From Craspedostauros australis (Eukaryota), in the NCBI GenBank assembly GCA_030167865.1, contig JALAGF010006555.1, positions 1 to 36,817 of the forward strand: DNA of 36,817 nucleotides. Direction: 5' to 3'. A model generated the notes under the pieces. That model ran no database searches. It worked only from the letters and a program-made list of their open reading frames with translations, and was not told the origin of the DNA. The translations under genes were made by a program, and so were the position numbers. Of this stretch, positions 30,682 to 36,817 are shown piece by piece; position 1 is the stretch's first letter, and each line of letters starts with the position of its first letter.

Positions 30682-33600
30682 CTACAGCGCATCAAAATCA
30701 ACCTCCGCCAGAACCTTGTGCGCCGTTGTCAGACACATTCGGGTCGCTGCGGTGTGCTTGGCACCCTTGCGCTTTCTGCGTCCATTCGAGTGCGCTGAAT
30801 CTGCCATGTCGGGAGCGTCCACCGTCAGCATGCTCCGGTCCAGGTATGCGGAATGCTTCTTCAACATGCTGTCAACCTTCACGTTCGCGCCCCATTCGTG
30901 ATACAGCGACAGGGCGTTCGCCAAATATTGCCGCGGCCAGTACGAGTCGGAATCGTCTTCCAGCATGCTGTCTCGGTCGAACGATGAGGTCCGACCGCGC
31001 CCGCTTGCCGTGGCGCTTTCAGAAACGGGCGCGTCGGGAAGCTTGGAAATGAAGTATTCCGCCGCCAACTCGTTGGCCAGCGCCGTGTCATGGACGTGCC
31101 CGGAGCGGGCCGATAATGAGATCGCTTTGTCGTACGCTGCCTTCACGGCGTGCTCCGGGTCCTTGCGGGACGCCGCCATCAGATCGGCCTGCATGATCAT
31201 GTACCGATGCACGTTGTTCCCGCCCTTCTGCTCAATGATGGTCTTCAACGTGTCGATATACTTCTGCGATTGGCGGCAGTAATTCCTGCGCTTCGACTTG
31301 TTGCCCTTCATTGACTTGGCCAGTCTGGACATCATCAGCGAGCTGTGGAATATCTTCATGGACTCGTTATTGAAGGTGTGATCGATGCTCGCGATGGCAT
31401 AGAATGGCTTGATGTATTCTTTGCCGAGCTCCAGTTCACCAAAGTAGGTGGACAGCATGATGCGGGTCCAGTAGTAGATGCACCATTGCGAAGTTTCAGT
31501 GGCGTCCATTTCTTTCCGCGATGGCACCTGGAAAGTATCTTTCCAATGCTGCTGCTGCTTGGAGCCACCTCCCGAGCTGTGATTTGTTGTTCCCATGAGA
31601 TTCTCGATCATATCCTGGATGATGACGTAGGTATCATGCAATGACACGAGCTTGTAGTGCATGGTTTGTGCGATGTATGTCTTTCCGCTGGTTAGCAGGT
31701 GCCGAAGAGGCATGCCCGTCACGAAAGCATGCATCAAGGATATGCCCCAGCATCGGTAAGCATGAGACAAATCGCCCGTCTCCATCCCAGCCCTTTGACC
31801 ACCTTGATAAGCATTCAAGCACACATGCAAAGGCTCCGACCACGCGGTCTTAAATGCTGTCAGCGTGAGTGCATGCTGGCACTCAACGCTTTTGGAGGGT
31901 GTGGCTTGCATCAGCTTTTTCGATAATGAACACAGCCGATCGGAGAGCTCAACGTTCTTGAACACGTTCATCGAGATCGTCCCACTGCAGCAGACGGCGT
32001 ATGCTCCGCCTGCGGAGAGGCCATGCTTCAGCATCAGCCTTGCCTGACGAAAGACAGCCAAGAGCAGCGTGCCGTTTCGATTCAGATGGTAGGCAAAGTT
32101 GATGAAATCCGGCAAAATCGCCATCGTCTTCTGGATGTTCGGATTCGTCAGCTGAGGAAGATTCAGAACGTCCTCATCGGTGTGCTTCGCGAAGTACCTC
32201 TTGAGCTTGCTGAAGTCTCTCAGCGCCAGGAATAGGTGATTTCTCATGGGAAAGGTTCCCAGCAATTGGAGTGACCGATGATGCAGTTTCAAGGCCTCGC
32301 TGAACTTCTGCGAACGTCCAAGGGCAGTCGCCAGTGCCGAATTTACTTGGATGGTATCTTCAACGGAGTTGCCGCACTTGTCGATGATGGTCTGGCACAG
32401 CATCGCTCCTTTGTCATAGTTACCGAGCGTCAGCTCAGCTTCGGAGAGGCTATGATGGATCTCCAAGCACAGCTCATAATGCATCTCCCAAGGATTCGTG
32501 ATCTTGGACTCAAGATTCGACAATGCTCGCTTCAAATACTTCACTGCTGGGACAAAGGCGGCGACGCCAACTGCGAGCTGTCCCGCCTTGAGGTTGACGA
32601 TGATCAGATCAACGGCTGGGGTGATGCTGTCAGAAACCGAAAGGGATGACACATTCTCGAGGTGATCCGCAGCCACGAACCACATCCAGTCCTCGCCCAG
32701 CATGGGATCAGACGCGATCTCCATGAGGCGTTTGCCGACTCGGTACTTCAGGCAGTTCAGCTCATCGCCTGGAGGAGTCAACGAGAAGGCCGCCTGCTGA
32801 ATTCGGTCGTGAACGAAGCGGAATGTCGCGCCTGAGCCAGTCATGTGCTGTGTAGTTGCTGGAGTTGCCGGTGTGCTGGTATTGAGCCTCTCGAGCAGCT
32901 CCTCCTTGACCGCTAGATTTAATGCATCACTTACGCTCATCTGGGTCAACGAGAGAGTCTGTCTTGTGCCGCCATCATCTGCCTGCTGCTGCTGCTGCTG
33001 TTCTTCTATCTCTCTGTCCATCAGCGTCTCCAGCAACGACTGGCGGAACGTCGATCGCAGAAATGAGGCCATTTGCAAACACTTCTGCAGATCCTCTGGA
33101 AGCGAGTGCAGCTTTGCCGTGATCAGATCGACTACGTTGGCGGCCATGTCGATCTCATCGGCTGCCCGCTGCTCATCCCATTCCCATTGCATTGTGTGGA
33201 TGTTGCGAGTCAGGACCTTGCGACGGCGCAGTCCCTCCAACGCTTGCATCGTGTATAGTACGTTGCCTTTGGTCTTGTCATGGAGCAGCTTGGCGAGCGG
33301 CGTTGTTTTCATGGTGTCCAACCGAAGTGACGATGCAAGCAGCTCCGAAGTTTGGGTCACTGTGAGATCATTGAGGGGAATGTCGTGGATGGTCTTCCCG
33401 TTGTTTTTCCACTGTGAGACGGCAGTGGTGAGTTGATGTCGAGGATCGTTGTGCACTTCGTTGGATCGGTATGATCCAATGATGAGTAGGTTGCGGATGG
33501 AAGGATCGATCAAGATTTCAGTAATGAGCTTGAGAGATCGCTCGTCGATCCATTGGAGATCTGGATGTGTTTGGGTGTGGTTTGTTCAGTATTGGTAGTG

Positions 33601-34950
33601 CGAGATAAAGCAGCGGCAATGCAATGAGATACGATCAAGCGGTGCGACGTGGGCAGGTTGGCACGGGCAATTCATGGAAATGCATACCGTCACAGTTGCG
33701 ACATTGATGTGCTATCGTCTGGGCCCATCGCGCGTTGCGCTCACAGAATACTCGTGGATAGTCTCATTCCTCTCACTCAATCACTCACCATCCAGACAGA
33801 GCACGAGCGGGCGATCGTCTGTGCAGATAGCTTTCAGCATAATCTTGAAGCTGTACACGAGTTGGGTCCATTCGTTGGCTTTGGATCGAGCATTGGATAA
33901 TACACCTGCGCCGATGGCGCTCCTCGAGCCTTTCGAATGCGCAGATATCGATGCATCGTCTTTGCTAAAGAACTCGCTCGAATTTCCGCCTCCCACGCCG
34001 CATGAGGTCACGATACCGGTTACGCTTCCACCTTTGTCTGCGTGGTTGCCTTCATTCTCCCTCAGCAATTCTGCGAGCCCAGGAATGGCGCGGCATGCAA
34101 GCCTGCGGCGTGTGGCATCCATCCTTCCGTTTATCCATGTCCGGATACGTTCACATTCTTCGGTGTCGCCAGATGCAAAGATGTTCTGAAAGAAATGTGA
34201 CAGCGCATCCACGATAGCCGAAAGATTGCTACCTGCATTGAATTGGTCGTACTTTCCCTTTCCATAGTGACATGGATGCGAGTCAGCTCGCCGCTTTTTT
34301 GATGGCGCGGATGCATCGTCCTGCACAGAGTGCGCAATTGCGGATGTTGCAGTTTGAGATGGCGGAGACGATGGCGATGGTGACTTTATTGCGCCATCAT
34401 TCAATCTATGCAAGAAACGATCCACCAATGCCGACTTGCCCGTCCCGGAGTAGCCGTGGATGAGGACGACCTGTGCGTCCTTGTTGCTGCTGTCATTACG
34501 AGAGGGCTTCGTCAATGGTTTGCGACATATGCGACCGTAGATCGAGTTCAATCGTTCCAGCTCATCTTCGCGTCCCACGAATGCATTGAACCGCAGGTGA
34601 TCCCATCGTTCGTCCTCATTGCCATCGTTATCGAATGCAGCGATGCCAGCGTGGTCCAAGCCAGCTCCTGCGTGACTTTGGCCATCATGACTGTCGTCGT
34701 CGTGGTCATCGTCGTCGTAGATGCTGTGTCTGGGATCATCGGTTGTTTCTGGTGCTGGATGTGACGATGCCAAAGAGTGGGCATTTGAGTTGCTGTGGGA
34801 AGTCGAATTGAATGATGCGCTCCGTGCTGGGTGATCGATCGCTCTTTCTGAGCGGAATGAAGCGCTGTGCGAAGCAACACCCAGGAATCGGCTGTTCCCA
34901 GCGTCGAGGGACGGATCCGCAATCCGTCTGGAGGAACGATCCTTGGCCAT
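30682..34950 (-). CDS. STAND-class AAA NTPase with TPR-like region, copy B (1346 aa); exons 34950-33789 and 33560-30682
   Basis: Paralog of 3708-7949 with an intron at the same position and phase (33788-33561, GTGAGT...CAG), rebuilding LCLDDLQWID. Walker A GYSGTGKS. Spliced length 4041 nt, in frame. Confidence 0.92.
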
Positions 34951-35776
34951 GTCGAGTATTGTGATGTGATTTGTTCCTAAATGGTGATTGTGTGGTATTA
35001 CATCTAATTGGTCAGGGTCAGCGTTGATCCAGGTGACTGTGATTGTCGGTCATCGAAAGGAAAAATGGCGTCGGTCGTATAGTAGTAAGAAACACGACGA
35101 GCCAGAGAGGCGAATGCCATCACGCCCCATCGTTTCGGCCGCTGCGGTGGCGGCGGTTTGTGCATTGGAGAGGTTGACGTGTGCCGCGCTTTTTCATCCA
35201 AGAAAAGAGGGGCAGCCCACGGAAGTCGCGGTTCGTATCAGTGCTGAACTGGTTTGTGTCCTGTTTTGTTGAAACCGCGAACTTGCGATTGATGACTGGC
35301 ACCAACAACAGATGGCTGGACGGCAGACCATGGAGCATGGCAACCTCGCATAGAGCCTCCTCAAGGACTCAGCAACTACCGCCGCCGATGAACGCTCCCC
35401 CTCGTGCCTGTCTCCGTCACATACCAGTTGCGCAGAGATACCACCCTCGGTACTGCTCTTTCTACAATTTGCCACGATCCGTTGTGCGACTTGCATCCTC
35501 TATCCAACCCTTCACGTCGTTGGAGTTAGTGATGTTGGTGATGTGGGCTCAGTTTGGTGATGTTTCGACACCAACAGTATCATCCTGGAGGAATTGCCTA
35601 CGCAGTCGAATCAAGATATATACATGACTAGAATACAATCGAGCCAAAACTCCGAACGTGGTACTGACAGTATCGATAGTATCGTGTGACATATGCTGGT
35701 ACCAAATGAATGTATTTATTAATTTACCGCACCTGTATTTCATTCACGGGTGTGAATTCGAAGTTTCAAGAACAGA

Positions 35777-35965
35777 ATGATAAAAAACACGAAGTCCCAT
35801 ACTGTTCCGTGCGAAGAAGAACACAGAACACAACAGAACACAGCACCTCCATTCAACGGCACAAATAACCATTCAGACACGATCTGATACAACGCCACGT
35901 ATACCACAACATCCCTTTTCCACACAGAACAACAATCTCCTTCAACACACCAAACCAGACTTAAT
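35777..35965 (-). repeat. Inverted copy of the non-coding segment 81-270
   Basis: Reverse complement matches 81-270; homology stops abruptly after TTAAT (35961-35965). Confidence 0.95.
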
Positions 35966-36449
35966 CTGTCCGAATGACCACAACACCATCTCACTTATGC
36001 TCCGTTCCGGCTTCTTCCTCCGCTCCGTCTTGGTTGCGAAGTGCCGCAATCGTCGTTTGTCAACGACACACAGGCTGCGTACTTCTGCAACTGCACGCGC
36101 AGAAACACAACAGTATCGCACACATCCACGGAGAATTACGCACAATCGGATAATCGCAATGGAACTCCTCCGTGACCTTCGGATAAAACGGCACATCTTC
36201 TTCTCCCGTCTGTTCTCCCTCGCGTAACTCACCGATTACGGGAACGCAAACACGTGGTAATGGTGTGCGCTGACGGTAACACGATGACGCCACCACACAA
36301 CCACACGACCACAAATCAACACGGAAGTCAACACGATGTCCCAACCGCACCTTCCTGAATTCCGCCAACTCCATCTCATAAAACCAAATCACCATCCACC
36401 TCACTCCAACTTCCTTCGAATCAACCCAACTTGACACAACAATACAACC

Positions 36450-36817
36450 ATGCCAGCCTCAATCGCAATGCAACCAACCAACACCACCACCACAACCAAC
36501 AACAATAACAAGAGAAAGAACACAAGGAAGAACCATGGCAAGTCCGTCGCCTTCCATCAAACTGTCAGAGTCAAGGAGATCATCCACATCAACGACTACG
36601 CCAACGATGAGATCGATGCTTGCTGGTGCTCAAAGCAGGACAAGATCCACACCAGACAAGACATCGCCAACACTCTCAGACAGCACAACAGCAACAGCAA
36701 CAGTAGTACCAACAACAGCGATCTCGACATTCGCGGCCTGGAATGCCGCACCAAGCAAGGATCTCAACAGAGACGAGCGGACCGCGATGAATCCATCTCC
36801 GCTGTCCTCGATGAACA
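36450..36817 (+). CDS. Second 'KSVxF/RGLE' family gene, truncated by the window end (not in the ORF track)
   Basis: Translates MPASIAMQPTNTTTTTNNNNKRKNTRKNHGKSVAFHQTVRVKEIIHINDYANDEIDACWCSKQDKIHTRQDIANTLRQH...DLDIRGLECRTKQGSQQRRADRDESISAVLDE, clearly paralogous to 8441-9037. Confidence 0.85.
   Translation, partial: MPASIAMQPTNTTTTTNNNNKRKNTRKNHGKSVAFHQTVRVKEIIHINDYANDEIDACWCSKQDKIHTRQDIANTLRQHNSNSNSSTNNSDLDIRGLECRTKQGSQQRRADRDESISAVLDE

Overview
Eukaryotic nuclear DNA with GT-AG introns, most likely from a diatom or other stramenopile; this is inferred from the gene families and a bipartite plastid signal. An inverted pair of ~1300-aa STAND/AAA-NTPase + TPR-like genes brackets the window (3708-7949 +, 30682-34950 -). 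Each lies near a copy of a small 'KSVxF...RGLE...VLDE' gene, and a ~190-bp spacer is shared in inverted orientation. An internally deleted tyrosine-recombinase (DIRS/Ngaro-like) retroelement lies at ~1.0-3.0 kb. The first highlight is a single-exon ~1316-aa fusion of a multi-TM domain, a CER3/acyl-ACP-reductase-like domain and a YUCCA-like flavin monooxygenase (12693-16643 -). The second is two tandem selenoprotein genes that the ORF track breaks at in-frame TGA codons: a SelW/Rdx protein (CGGU) and a DsbA/FrnE-like protein (CTQUPHG), each with an atypical SECIS-like hairpin downstream. Also present are two low-complexity proteins sharing a short motif, a UBA-like protein, an N2227/carnosine N-methyltransferase-like gene, a DUF1499 gene, an 11-bp minisatellite and a 50-N gap with duplicated flanks (assembly artefact). 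All family assignments come from motif recognition by eye; no searches were run.
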